Shown: positions 26,254 through 35,900 of the stretch, piece after piece
How the letters are laid out: the number at the start of each line of letters is the position of its first letter
Numbering within the stretch: the first letter of the stretch is position 1
NCBI GenBank assembly: GCA_035299085.1
Contig: DATGXG010000026.1
Coordinates: 10,568-74,567, forward strand
Origin: Bacteroidales bacterium
GTDB lineage: Bacteria; Bacteroidota; Bacteroidia; Bacteroidales; UBA10428
Length of the DNA: 64,000 bases
Reading direction: 5' to 3'
The notes under the pieces: generated by a model
What the model was told of the DNA's origin: nothing
The model's database searches: none
What the model saw: only the letters and a program-made list of their open reading frames with translations
Program-made: the position numbers and the translations under genes

Positions 26254-28029
26254 ATGAAAAACGGACAGGGGTATACAAAAATAATCAATTGGTTTTCAGA
26301 TCGTTTTAATCACAGGCAGCAAATGTATGTGTTTAGCCTGTTCATTGGCATTGTCAGTGGGCTTGCCGCGGTGCTGCTTAAAAACACGGTTCATTACACT
26401 CACCAGTTTGTTCTTAAGTATGGTGGCTATTTCCAGATCAACTTCCTTTACCTGGCCTTTCCGATGCTGGGAATCCTGCTTACCGTCTTATATGTAAAGT
26501 ACCTGGTAAAAGATGAAATGGGTCACGGAATAACCAAAGTTCTCTATTCTATTTCAAAAAAGGGAGGTTTTCTAAGGCCTCATAACAGCTATTCTTCCAT
26601 TATTGCTTCAACACTGACAGTGGGTTTCGGAGGATCTGTCGGACTTGAATCGCCTATTGTGGTTACCGGGTCCTCCATGGGATCGAGCCTCGGAAGGCTT
26701 TTCGGCATGAATTACAAATCCATTACAACACTTATTGGCTGTGGTGCTGCAGGCGCAGTTGCCGGTATCTTCAAAGCCCCTGTAGCCGGTGTTGTTTTTG
26801 CACTGGAAGTGCTGATGCTTGATATCGGTGTGTGGTCGATTATTCCGCTATTGATATCGGCTGTAACAGGTGCCACAATATCTTACCTGTTCCTTGATCC
26901 CGGCGTTTCGCTGCATTATCCTGTTCAGGGCAATTTCAACCTGCACAATATACCTCTTTATATCGTTCTCGGTCTTTTTGCAGGTATCGTTTCGCTGTAT
27001 TTTACAAGGATGACCTTTTCAATTGAAAAACTCTTTGCAAAAATCGGCAGCCGGACTACACGGTGGATTATCGGCGGCCTGGTGCTCGGATTACTTATTC
27101 TTTTTCTCCCTTTACTTTACGGTGAAGGTTATGACATCCTGAATGATTTTCTCGAAGGTAATATCAGTTCAATCACCCACGGGAGCATATTCAGCGGCCA
27201 TGAAGGCAGTTTATGGTATTTTGTTGTCTTCATGGTGCTCGTACTTTTGTTCAAGCCAATAGCCATGACTGCCACAACCGGTGCCGGCGGGGTGGGGGGA
27301 ATATTCGCTCCTTCCATGTTCATGGGCGGTTTCACGGGGTACCTGGCTGCAAAACTCCTTAACCAAATCCACTTTATCAACGTACCGGAACAGAATTTCA
27401 TCCTGAGCGGCATGGCCGGATTAATGGCCGGCGTCATGCATGCCCCGCTTTTTGCCATCTTTCTCATTGCTGAGATCACAGGTGGTTATGTGCTGTTTAT
27501 CCCGTTAATGATTACCTCTACAGTTTCCTTTATTACCATCCGTTATTTCGAACCTCATTCCATTTACACACACCGGTTGGCAACGCGCGGCGAACTGATC
27601 ACTCACAACAAAGACAAAGCTATACTCACCCTTTTGGACATGGATAAGCTGATCGAAAAGGATTTCGTGCCTGTTACCCCGGCTGATTCACTAGGCAAGC
27701 TCGTAAAGGCTATTTCCCGTTCAAAAAGAAACTTGTTCCCTGTAATTACCGGCAAAAACATCCTGGTAGGTGTTGTATTGCTCGACAGCATCCGCCATAT
27801 CATTTTCAACAGTGAAATGTACAACCAGGTTTTTGTGCGCGACCTGATGCAGCCTCCTCCCACTCACATTTCGCCGGGTGATTCAATGGAAAGCGTCATG
27901 AAGAAATTCGAGGATAATGAAGCCTGGAACCTTCCGGTTGTAAACAACGGAGAATACATCGGCTTTTTATCCAAGTCGAAATTATTCTCCTATTACCGCA
28001 ACTGGTTGATAGAAATTTCGGAGGATTAG
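26254..28029 (+). CDS. ClC-family chloride channel / H+-Cl- antiporter with a C-terminal CBS pair
   Basis: 591 aa. About 10 TM helices. ClC selectivity motifs GGSVGLESP and GVGGIFAPS. The C-terminal tandem CBS region starts at about residue 455. Confidence 0.9.
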   Translation: MKNGQGYTKIINWFSDRFNHRQQMYVFSLFIGIVSGLAAVLLKNTVHYTHQFVLKYGGYFQINFLYLAFPMLGILLTVLYVKYLVKDEMGHGITKVLYSISKKGGFLRPHNSYSSIIASTLTVGFGGSVGLESPIVVTGSSMGSSLGRLFGMNYKSITTLIGCGAAGAVAGIFKAPVAGVVFALEVLMLDIGVWSIIPLLISAVTGATISYLFLDPGVSLHYPVQGNFNLHNIPLYIVLGLFAGIVSLYFTRMTFSIEKLFAKIGSRTTRWIIGGLVLGLLILFLPLLYGEGYDILNDFLEGNISSITHGSIFSGHEGSLWYFVVFMVLVLLFKPIAMTATTGAGGVGGIFAPSMFMGGFTGYLAAKLLNQIHFINVPEQNFILSGMAGLMAGVMHAPLFAIFLIAEITGGYVLFIPLMITSTVSFITIRYFEPHSIYTHRLATRGELITHNKDKAILTLLDMDKLIEKDFVPVTPADSLGKLVKAISRSKRNLFPVITGKNILVGVVLLDSIRHIIFNSEMYNQVFVRDLMQPPPTHISPGDSMESVMKKFEDNEAWNLPVVNNGEYIGFLSKSKLFSYYRNWLIEISED

Positions 28030-28030
28030 T

Positions 28031-28098
28031 AGCCCCGGCCTTAAGGCCGGGGACTATAAATCCGGGTCATCCATTGCCCCCGGCCTTAAGGCCGGGGC
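28031..28098. repeat. Twin perfect 20-nt palindromes CCCCGGCCTTAAGGCCGGGG (probable bidirectional terminator hairpins)
   Basis: Seen directly at 28033..28052 and 28078..28097, separated by 25 nt. They lie between the convergent ClC and DUF4389-like genes. Each can form a 10-bp GC-rich stem if the hairpin loop forms within the central TTAA. Confidence 0.8.
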
Positions 28099-28105
28099 TA
28101 TTGAA

Positions 28106-28690
28106 CTAAGCCTTTCCGTTAAACGGCGGATACTGATCGGTCAGAAATGCAATGTAAAGATTTACCCGTGTATTCCATCTCATGAGTCCGGTGACATATT
28201 CATGAAATACGGCAGGATACTTACCTGTGAAAAGAACAGCAAACCACGAGATGAAAACAATTACCATAGTGGCGATGGTTCTGAAAAATAATAAGAATCC
28301 ATGTGGAATCATAACATACAGCCAGCCCAGGAAAAGACGAAGGAGAAGCAAGACCCTGCTTATTTTTTCGGGATATTCCAGGTTGAAATTCAGGTTCTCG
28401 TCCTGAACATCCAGGCCAAAACCGGGATAACCGTCAGAAAGGTTCATCATTGCCGTGTTCACCCTAAGGTTCCAACGGTTGAAACCAACCTGGTAATCAA
28501 ACATGGTTTTGGGATATTTCCCTGTGAAGAGAACGATCCAGAAAGCTACAAAGGTCAGGATTGCAGACCAGATACCAAGGAAAAACAGGATAATTCCGTG
28601 AGGAATCGCAATGTACAGCCAGCCGAAAAAGGTGCGTAAAAGCAATTGGAGCCGCGAATAGCGGTCCTGTGTTTTAATTGTTAATTCCAT
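28106..28690 (-). CDS. DUF4389-like membrane protein with an internal tandem duplication
   Basis: 194 aa. Two homologous halves, each LLLR-F-GWLY--IPHG--LFF ... LFTGKYP ... RWN-RVN ... YP-F. Family name is from memory. Confidence 0.65.
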   Translation of the reverse strand: MELTIKTQDRYSRLQLLLRTFFGWLYIAIPHGIILFFLGIWSAILTFVAFWIVLFTGKYPKTMFDYQVGFNRWNLRVNTAMMNLSDGYPGFGLDVQDENLNFNLEYPEKISRVLLLLRLFLGWLYVMIPHGFLLFFRTIATMVIVFISWFAVLFTGKYPAVFHEYVTGLMRWNTRVNLYIAFLTDQYPPFNGKA

Positions 28691-28811
28691 GGAATGAGAT
28701 TTAAGTGGTTGATATACTAAATGTAAGGAATTATTAAAAATATGATGCTGCTGTTGGTTAATATCTCATAAACAATTGCAATTTTATTTTTTAACTCATT
28801 GGCAAAACCAT

Positions 28812-28819
28812 TACTTTTG
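28812..28819 (+). promoter_or_regulatory. Candidate Bacteroidota -7 box TACTTTTG upstream of glyA
   Basis: Exact TAnnTTTG match 19 nt before the ATG at 28838. It lies inside the longer ORF-track reading frame that starts at 28799, which argues for the shorter start. Confidence 0.3.
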
Positions 28820-28837
28820 AAACTAAAATTTACATCC

Positions 28838-30118
28838 ATGGAAAGAGATTCCCGCATATTCGAATTAATTACCCGTGAGAAAAACAGGCAACTGCACGGT
28901 ATTGAACTGATAGCATCTGAGAATTTCGTCAGTGACCAGGTACTGGAGGCTATGGGTTCATGCCTGACCAATAAATATGCCGAAGGACTGCCCGGCAAAA
29001 GATACTACGGCGGATGCCAGGTAGTTGATGAAGTGGAAAACCTTGCCATCGAAAGGATCAGGCAATTATTCAATGCAGCATGGGCTAATGTTCAGCCTCA
29101 CTCAGGTGCACAGGCCAACGCAGCCGTTATGCTTGCCGTACTCAATCCTGGTGACAAATTCATGGGTCTCGACTTATCCCATGGCGGTCACCTTTCACAC
29201 GGATCTCCTGTTAATTCCTCAGGAATTTTATACCAACCGGTCGCCTATACACTGAACCCTGATACCGAACGTGTTGATTATGATAAAATGGAGGAAATTG
29301 CCCTTCAGGAAAAACCGAAGCTTATCATAGCCGGTGCATCGGCTTATTCGCGCGACTGGGATTATAAACGCATGAGGGCTATTGCCGATAAAGTGGGCGC
29401 CCTGCTCATGGCTGACATTGCTCATCCGGCCGGTCTCATTGCCAAAGGTCTGCTGAATCATCCATTCCCGCATTGTCATATAGTAACCACAACCACACAT
29501 AAAACCCTGCGCGGTCCAAGGGGCGGTCTGATTATGATGGGACACGATTTTCCGAATCCATGGGGTATTACTACTCCGAAAGGAGAAATCAAAATGATGT
29601 CGGCCATGCTTGATATGGCTGTTTTCCCTGGTATCCAGGGCGGACCGCTCGAACATGTGATCGCTTCCAAGGCAGTTTCATTTGGTGAGGCATTGACTGA
29701 TTCTTACAGGGATTATGTGACCCAGGTGAAGAAAAACGCGGCTGCCATGGCAAAAGCCTTTATTGATAAGGGTTATAAGGTGGTTTCAAATGGAACCGAC
29801 AACCACTCCATGCTGATTGATTTAAGAACCAAAGTGCCTGAGGTTACAGGTAAAATGGTTGAAAATACCCTTGTGAAAGCCGATATCACCCTGAACAAAA
29901 ATATGGTTCCTTTCGATTCGCGTACTCCTTTCACCACATCAGGCGTGAGAGTTGGTACACCTGCCATCACGACAAGAGGCGCCAAGGAAGATCTTATTCA
30001 AACCATCGTTGAGCTCATTGATGATGTGATTATGCATATTGAAGATGAAAAAGTGATTGATGCAGTGAGGGGAAAAGTGAACCAGCTAATGAAAGACTAC
30101 CCGTTGTTTGCATGGTAA
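28838..30118 (+). CDS. glyA: Serine hydroxymethyltransferase
   Basis: [32 protein letters not shown]..., PLP-lysine context [14 protein letters not shown], and [13 protein letters not shown] place the start at 28838 (M14 of the track ORF). Confidence 0.93.
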   Translation: MERDSRIFELITREKNRQLHGIELIASENFVSDQVLEAMGSCLTNKYAEGLPGKRYYGGCQVVDEVENLAIERIRQLFNAAWANVQPHSGAQANAAVMLAVLNPGDKFMGLDLSHGGHLSHGSPVNSSGILYQPVAYTLNPDTERVDYDKMEEIALQEKPKLIIAGASAYSRDWDYKRMRAIADKVGALLMADIAHPAGLIAKGLLNHPFPHCHIVTTTTHKTLRGPRGGLIMMGHDFPNPWGITTPKGEIKMMSAMLDMAVFPGIQGGPLEHVIASKAVSFGEALTDSYRDYVTQVKKNAAAMAKAFIDKGYKVVSNGTDNHSMLIDLRTKVPEVTGKMVENTLVKADITLNKNMVPFDSRTPFTTSGVRVGTPAITTRGAKEDLIQTIVELIDDVIMHIEDEKVIDAVRGKVNQLMKDYPLFAW

Positions 30119-30885
30119 TACTTACCTTTTTCGACCTTGAATGGTATAAATATCTTTTGATAATCGGAGCCGGCCTTGTTGCCGGCTTTATCAATACAAT
30201 TGCAGGCAGCGGTTCACTGCTTACGCTGCCTATGCTCATGTTTATCGGGCTTCCGCCAAACATGGCCAATGGTACAAACCGGATTGCCATCATGCTTCAA
30301 AGCCTTGTCGGTTCGCTGGGTTTCAGAAAGCAGGCGGCACTTGACCGGTCGACCGGGTTAAAACTCGGCATTCCTTCTGTACTGGGCTCCATTGCCGGTG
30401 CACTTATGGCACTTGCACTGAATGCCAAAGCCATGGAACGGGTCATCGGTATCCTTCTGATCATTATGTTCTTCTTTATCCTTTTAAAGCCGGAGGCATG
30501 GCTGAAAGGACAGAAAGAAAAGCAGATCCCTGCTTCAATCTGGCTCAATTTTATCGTTTTTTTCCTGATTGGCGTTTACGGCGGGTTTGTGCAGGCAGGT
30601 GTCGGCTTTTTCCTTCTTGGCGGGCTCGTACTCGGAGCCGGTATGGATCTTGTGAAAGCCAATGCCATTAAAAATTTCCTTGTTTTCTTATACACCCCTT
30701 TTGCCCTGCTGATTTACATGATCGGGCACCAGGTGGACTATAAATCGGGACTGATCCTTTCGATAGGAAGCATGACAGGAGCCTGGCTCGGAACAAAGTC
30801 GGCAGTAAGCTGGGGACCTGCCTTTGTAAGATATGTGCTTCTCGTGGCGGTTTTGATTTCCGCTGTTCAGCTTATGTTCTTCTGA
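30112..30885 (+). CDS. TauE/SafE (DUF81) family anion exporter
   Basis: 257 aa, about 7-8 TM helices. N-terminal [24 protein letters not shown] motif and a duplicated half. Overlaps the glyA stop by 7 nt. Confidence 0.8.
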   Translation: MVILTFFDLEWYKYLLIIGAGLVAGFINTIAGSGSLLTLPMLMFIGLPPNMANGTNRIAIMLQSLVGSLGFRKQAALDRSTGLKLGIPSVLGSIAGALMALALNAKAMERVIGILLIIMFFFILLKPEAWLKGQKEKQIPASIWLNFIVFFLIGVYGGFVQAGVGFFLLGGLVLGAGMDLVKANAIKNFLVFLYTPFALLIYMIGHQVDYKSGLILSIGSMTGAWLGTKSAVSWGPAFVRYVLLVAVLISAVQLMFF

Positions 30886-31806
30886 TTACTCGAGTTTGAA
30901 GTGATAGGTAATTCTTCCTATCTGCCTTTGCGGGGCATCATCCTTTACATTGAATTTCGACTCCAGAGCGGCCTTTTTGGCAGCCGCATATAATGTATTG
31001 TCAACAATTGTCGAACCCTTCACACCGGGTGTTGCAGCAATTACCCTGCCGCTATTGTCAACTGTTATTTCAACAACAACAATACCTTCCCTCTGAATCT
31101 GGAAATCGGGTTTACGGATGAAGATCATTGAACGCCCGTCAAGGTTGAACGAAATGCCCGGACCTACGCCATCTCCAATGCCTGACCCAATACCTCCGCC
31201 GGATCCTCCGCCTGAACCTCCGCCGCTTCCCGGACCGGTTCCACCGCTTCCGCCCTGGCCATATAAAGCCGAACCCTGCTTGCCCCCGGGAACTCCCTGG
31301 TCGGTTGCCCCTTCGGTATTTCCCTGGCCTGTGCTAGAAGTCGCATTATTACTGGGCTTATAAAGGGCCGATTTATTTACTGTCTTTGGTTTTTCGGTTA
31401 CAGGCTGGTTGACCGGTTTTTTCGGTGTGGTTGTGGAAGAGACAACCTTTTTAGGCTCCGGCTTTTTTTCTTTTTTAGGAGTTTCGCTTATGCTGGCTGT
31501 TTCCTCGATGTCCTGAGACAACACTTCCTGCGGTTTGGTTTCAGCGGGTGGGGCAGGATTGGTTAGTTGAGTGAAATCGGGTATTGACAGATCCGACTGC
31601 TGCAATTCACCAAAACCAGCTTCGGCATAACCCAGGTTTACTTCAAGGTCCATACCTCCGCCTCCGCCACCCTCGGGATAGGGAGGAATGGGCGTATAAA
31701 TGTACGTAAAGAAAAGGATCAGGAATAAAATGATGCCTGTTCCGATCGATCCTGTATAGCCTACAACTTTAGCCTTAGTATATGTTTGTCGAGTTATTTC
31801 ACCCAT
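30886..31806 (-). CDS. tonB: TonB-like energy transducer
   Basis: 306 aa. N-terminal TM anchor, Pro/Lys-rich spacer (PAPPAETKPQE...KKEKKPEPKK...PKKPVNQPVTEKPK), a Gly-rich tract and a C-terminal TonB-type domain (GIVVVEITVDNSGRVIAATPGVKGST...GRITYHFKLE). Last gene of the exbB-exbD-tonB unit. Confidence 0.75.
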   Translation of the reverse strand: MGEITRQTYTKAKVVGYTGSIGTGIILFLILFFTYIYTPIPPYPEGGGGGGMDLEVNLGYAEAGFGELQQSDLSIPDFTQLTNPAPPAETKPQEVLSQDIEETASISETPKKEKKPEPKKVVSSTTTPKKPVNQPVTEKPKTVNKSALYKPSNNATSSTGQGNTEGATDQGVPGGKQGSALYGQGGSGGTGPGSGGGSGGGSGGGIGSGIGDGVGPGISFNLDGRSMIFIRKPDFQIQREGIVVVEITVDNSGRVIAATPGVKGSTIVDNTLYAAAKKAALESKFNVKDDAPQRQIGRITYHFKLE

Positions 31807-32203
31807 TTGGAGCCTTTGTTGCTAATATCATCCTTACATTAATCTTATTCCCTATCTGGAGAACATCCACCAAATTCTGTACCGGAATTGTGTTATCAAC
31901 CCTCAGAACAATGATGGGTTCTGTTTTTCCAGCTGTAGCTGTCAAAAGTACATTCTCAAGCTGGTCGAAACTTACCTGCTGCTTATTGACAAAATACTGG
32001 AGATCTTTTGTTACAGACAACGCGATCTCAGTTTTCCTGATGGTTTGATGGTATTTTGAATTGGGAAGAGTTAGCTTTACAACACTTGGACTGATAAGTG
32101 TTGATGCAATAAGGAAAAACAACATCAGGAAGAACATGATATCATTAAAGGATGAGGTATAAACCTCAGCCATGGCATTCTTCTTTTTCCTTAACTGTAT
32201 CAT
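31799..32203 (-). CDS. exbD: Biopolymer transport protein ExbD/TolR
   Basis: 134 aa. Single N-terminal TM (FNDIMFFLMLFFLIAS) and a periplasmic domain. Overlaps both neighbours. Confidence 0.85.
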   Translation of the reverse strand: MIQLRKKKNAMAEVYTSSFNDIMFFLMLFFLIASTLISPSVVKLTLPNSKYHQTIRKTEIALSVTKDLQYFVNKQQVSFDQLENVLLTATAGKTEPIIVLRVDNTIPVQNLVDVLQIGNKINVRMILATKAPNG

Positions 32204-32898
32204 TTTTTAACCGGTTCATTTAAAATGTCCATGAAATTCATGACGCTGAATTCAAGCTTATGAACAATTCTTTCCACCATGATATTCAGTGTATGATAGG
32301 CTATGAATGCCAGGATACCAACAAACAGACCTGAAGCACTGGCGACCATTTTTTCATACAAACCACCGGAAATAATCCCGATTGAAATATTATCGGAAAG
32401 TGAAATATTGTAGAAAATCTTAATAACGCCGATGATGGTCCCTATAAAACCAAACATTGGTGCAATACCGGCCACCACAGCCAGAACGCTCAGATGCTTT
32501 TCAAGGTTATAGATTTCAAATTTACCTACAATTTCAACTGATTCTTCAATTTCCTTCATGGGTCGTCCAAGCCTTGAAAGGCCTTTTTCAATCATGCGGG
32601 CCAGAGGTGATTGTGTGCTCTGGCAAAGGGCATGTGCTGAATCGATCTTTCCGTCATGGATATAATCCTTGATGCGGTTCATGAAGTTGTAATCCTCTTT
32701 TGAAGCGTAATTCAGCACAACCAGGCGGTTAAGGAAAATATAAATTGAAAGAAGAAGCAGGAATGCTATCGGAATCATCACCCATCCGCCTTTTTGGGCC
32801 ATATCCCAGTAATTCAGAGTGGCATGTGCACCCGTTTGGCCTGCCGCCAGACTATCGGCAGTCGTAGTCAATACATTTTGCAACAGAACGAAAAGCAT
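32200..32898 (-). CDS. exbB: MotA/TolQ/ExbB proton channel protein
   Basis: 232 aa. Conserved C-terminal TM pair with GIAPMFGFIGTIIGVIKIF. Confidence 0.85.
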   Translation of the reverse strand: MLFVLLQNVLTTTADSLAAGQTGAHATLNYWDMAQKGGWVMIPIAFLLLLSIYIFLNRLVVLNYASKEDYNFMNRIKDYIHDGKIDSAHALCQSTQSPLARMIEKGLSRLGRPMKEIEESVEIVGKFEIYNLEKHLSVLAVVAGIAPMFGFIGTIIGVIKIFYNISLSDNISIGIISGGLYEKMVASASGLFVGILAFIAYHTLNIMVERIVHKLEFSVMNFMDILNEPVKK

Positions 32899-32955
32899 AA
32901 GAATTTTTATTGGTTTGCTAAAATTAAATAAACGTTGAACACAGGTGTTTATTTT

Positions 32956-35900
32956 TCAAGGCAAGTTATTAACTACAGGCTTCTCATTGTCAGTATCGAC
33001 AGGCTCGGGACTTTCCTCTTTTTTTCCGAATAGCCGCCTGAGAAGTTCTCCGAGGGTATTGAAATCTTCTTTATATGTTATACCTAATCCCTGGGTGTAA
33101 GTTGAATTTTGTGTCAAACCCTGCTCAACCACCGATTCATTGTTGGAATGGTTGAATGTTTTTAACCTCAATTTTCCATTATCCGTCAGTTTATAATCAA
33201 TATCAAATTCACCCACAATCTGGTTCGTTGTGGAAGCAGCAGCGTTGGTTGACATGTCAACACTTCCGTTAATTATAAGCTTATTGTTGAAAAGCGGGTA
33301 AGAAAGAGCTACCTGGTATTCATCACTGTTCATCTCACGGTTTGACCTGTAATTTACGTTAACATCCAGGTCATTGACAATTTGAGACAACCAGTTGCTA
33401 AGCTGGTTAGATAGTAATTCACTGAAGTTAACCCCTGCAGCACTGGAATAAATGGAAGAGGACGAATTTGATACCGATGTGGCGCCCGAATATTGCCGGC
33501 CGTATTCCTGATTCAGTGAAAAGCGATTGGTTATCAGCAATGAAATAAACTGCTTCGTCTTCTCCTCCGTGGTAGCCATAGCTCCGTTCACTCTCAACCT
33601 TGTTGATTCGTCAGCATCAGGAAGGTAAACGTCGTAATTGATATCCGGAGACATCAGTTTTCCGGTTAATGTAACCCTGTCATCCACTTTTAACTTCTGA
33701 TCGTCTTCACCTCCTAACAGGTCAGCAAGCGATGAACGTGTCGAATAATTTGCAATCAGGTTAATTGTGGCATCCAGCGGATCGCCATCCCAGTGAATCG
33801 TACCTCCCGGTTCAATTGTAAGTTTCTTGTTGATTACCTTTTGAAGAGTGAACAGGTAATCCCCTTCTTCAATCACATAGTCGCCCGACATGGTAAAGCC
33901 GCCCCGACTGCTCATACGTATATCGAGGTTGCCGTTTCCTCTTCCCTTAATGATCTCGCCCAACACGGGGTCAATGATCATCTGTACTTCGGCATCAGGG
34001 GTCATAATCAGCTTGAATCTCATGTTTAAACCCGAGAAATCAGCCTGGTAGGTCTTGACCTCTTCAGGTTCATTGCCATCGTTTACATCGCTTACTTCAA
34101 TGAAAGGATATTCATTTAATTCACCGGTGTTGGACAATGGAATTTTGACATTTGTATTCTTGCCCGATGTAGCCACAATGTCCATTGTCATGGATCGTAA
34201 AGGACCCTGCATTTTAACGGTGCCTGTGGCATAGGCAGTGCCGTAAAACGTTTTATTATCAGCAAGAGTCGTATTCAGGCAGAGAAAATTTTCAGAACGA
34301 ATGTTCAGGTCAACACTGAGGTCCTTCAGGTATCTGCTTCGCATCACTCCGCTCAGATAAGCGGAGTTTCCTTTTGGATCGAAAACCCTTATCTCGTTAA
34401 AATACATGTTGTTGTTCTCAATCAGTATTTTGTCACTGAAGCTATACCTTGTTTTAAGGTAATTGATTGTAAACGCCGATTTCTGTAACGCTATTTCTCC
34501 ATTGAGAACAGGTTTTTTCAATGTACCCTTTAAGGTGGCCTTTCCTGATGCCATCCCCCTGATATCGCTAAAGACAGAATTCAAATAAGGGTTCAGAATG
34601 TTCATCCTTAATTTTTCAAGCCGGATATCAAAATCAATCCGGCCTTCATCCGTAGGCAGGTATTCACCTGTTATGTTAACCGTTTTGAGATTGTCCCTCA
34701 TGGCTGAAATGTCAAGCTCAATGGCCTTTTTACGGTTATTCCACGAAGAATTGATCTGCGTTGCCCCAAGCATTTCATTGTTTACAACAAGGCTGTCAAT
34801 GTGCAGCATGCTTGTAAAAAATGGCGTGGAATAAATGCCCGAAAGTTTGGCATTGCCGTTCAGAACACCATCCAGGTTATAGCCAGAGGATGCTGACAGG
34901 CTGTTGAGATTTCCAAGGTCGAAATGATTGAAAACAACCGTTACAACGTCCTCCGGGTTTTCTGTTATGTTACCGTCAATTTTGAAAAATTCGTTCAGGT
35001 GGTTTATGGCAATATTGTCAAACCGTATGGCTGAACTGTCGATCCTTACCATGCCCGGCTGTATGTTCCATACGGTATCACGGGCTATGAATTCAGACTT
35101 TTTAAAAGACACCTCAATGCCCGGCTTTGACATCAATGATGCCCGGTTGAATTTCGTCATAGCACTGATCATGCCTTTTGAGGTTACATCTTTCCAGTTA
35201 TTCCACTTAAGTTGAATTCCGGAAGTGTCATGGGCTGAGTTGGCAATTGCAGTGAAATTTTCAAACCGCAGGCGCTTTCCGAGTGACATGATTTCGCTGC
35301 CTGCTTCAAAATGCAACGATTCAGGAGATCCGGAAGCATTTATATTCAGGTTATCCCATATGATATTTTTTGCTTTTACATAAGCCGCTTCGAAATGCAT
35401 ATTCAAATCATGTCCTGTGCCGTTGTAACGCATGCTCATCAGGCTATTTTCTGCCACCCCGTAATCAGGAAGGAAAAAGTCAAACAGCGGCCGGATGTTT
35501 TTTATTTTTGAAGTAAAGGCAAGATCATAGGAGGAAAATTTCGGAATAGCTGCCGAATCAGCCAGGGATGGAAAGTAATCGAATATGAAATGTTTTACTG
35601 TTTCGGCCATACCTGTTAATTCATAATTTCCTGACAATTCCGCATCAAGGAAATCCGATTTCAGTTGTAAAAAGTTACCTGACGATCCGGATTTCGAACT
35701 CAGAGTCAGATCATAGACCTGAAGCTGCTTATCCTTTTTAACAAAGAGTGAATTGAGAAGCTTGATTTCTCCGTTCATTGTATTTATTGACTGCCCGTGT
35801 GCATTTGCGATCAGATAGCATGAGACTTTGAAATCAGGATCTTTTGGTGTGATGTTCAGCTCATATAAATTCGCATCGGTAATATTGGCCCTGAAATCGA

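Noticed and set aside
31118-31363. Pro-rich 81-aa plus-strand ORF (and a 60-aa minus-strand ORF) inside tonB
   Set aside because: They are antisense or alternate-frame readings of the GC-rich Gly-tract coding DNA of tonB. It is a compositional artefact.
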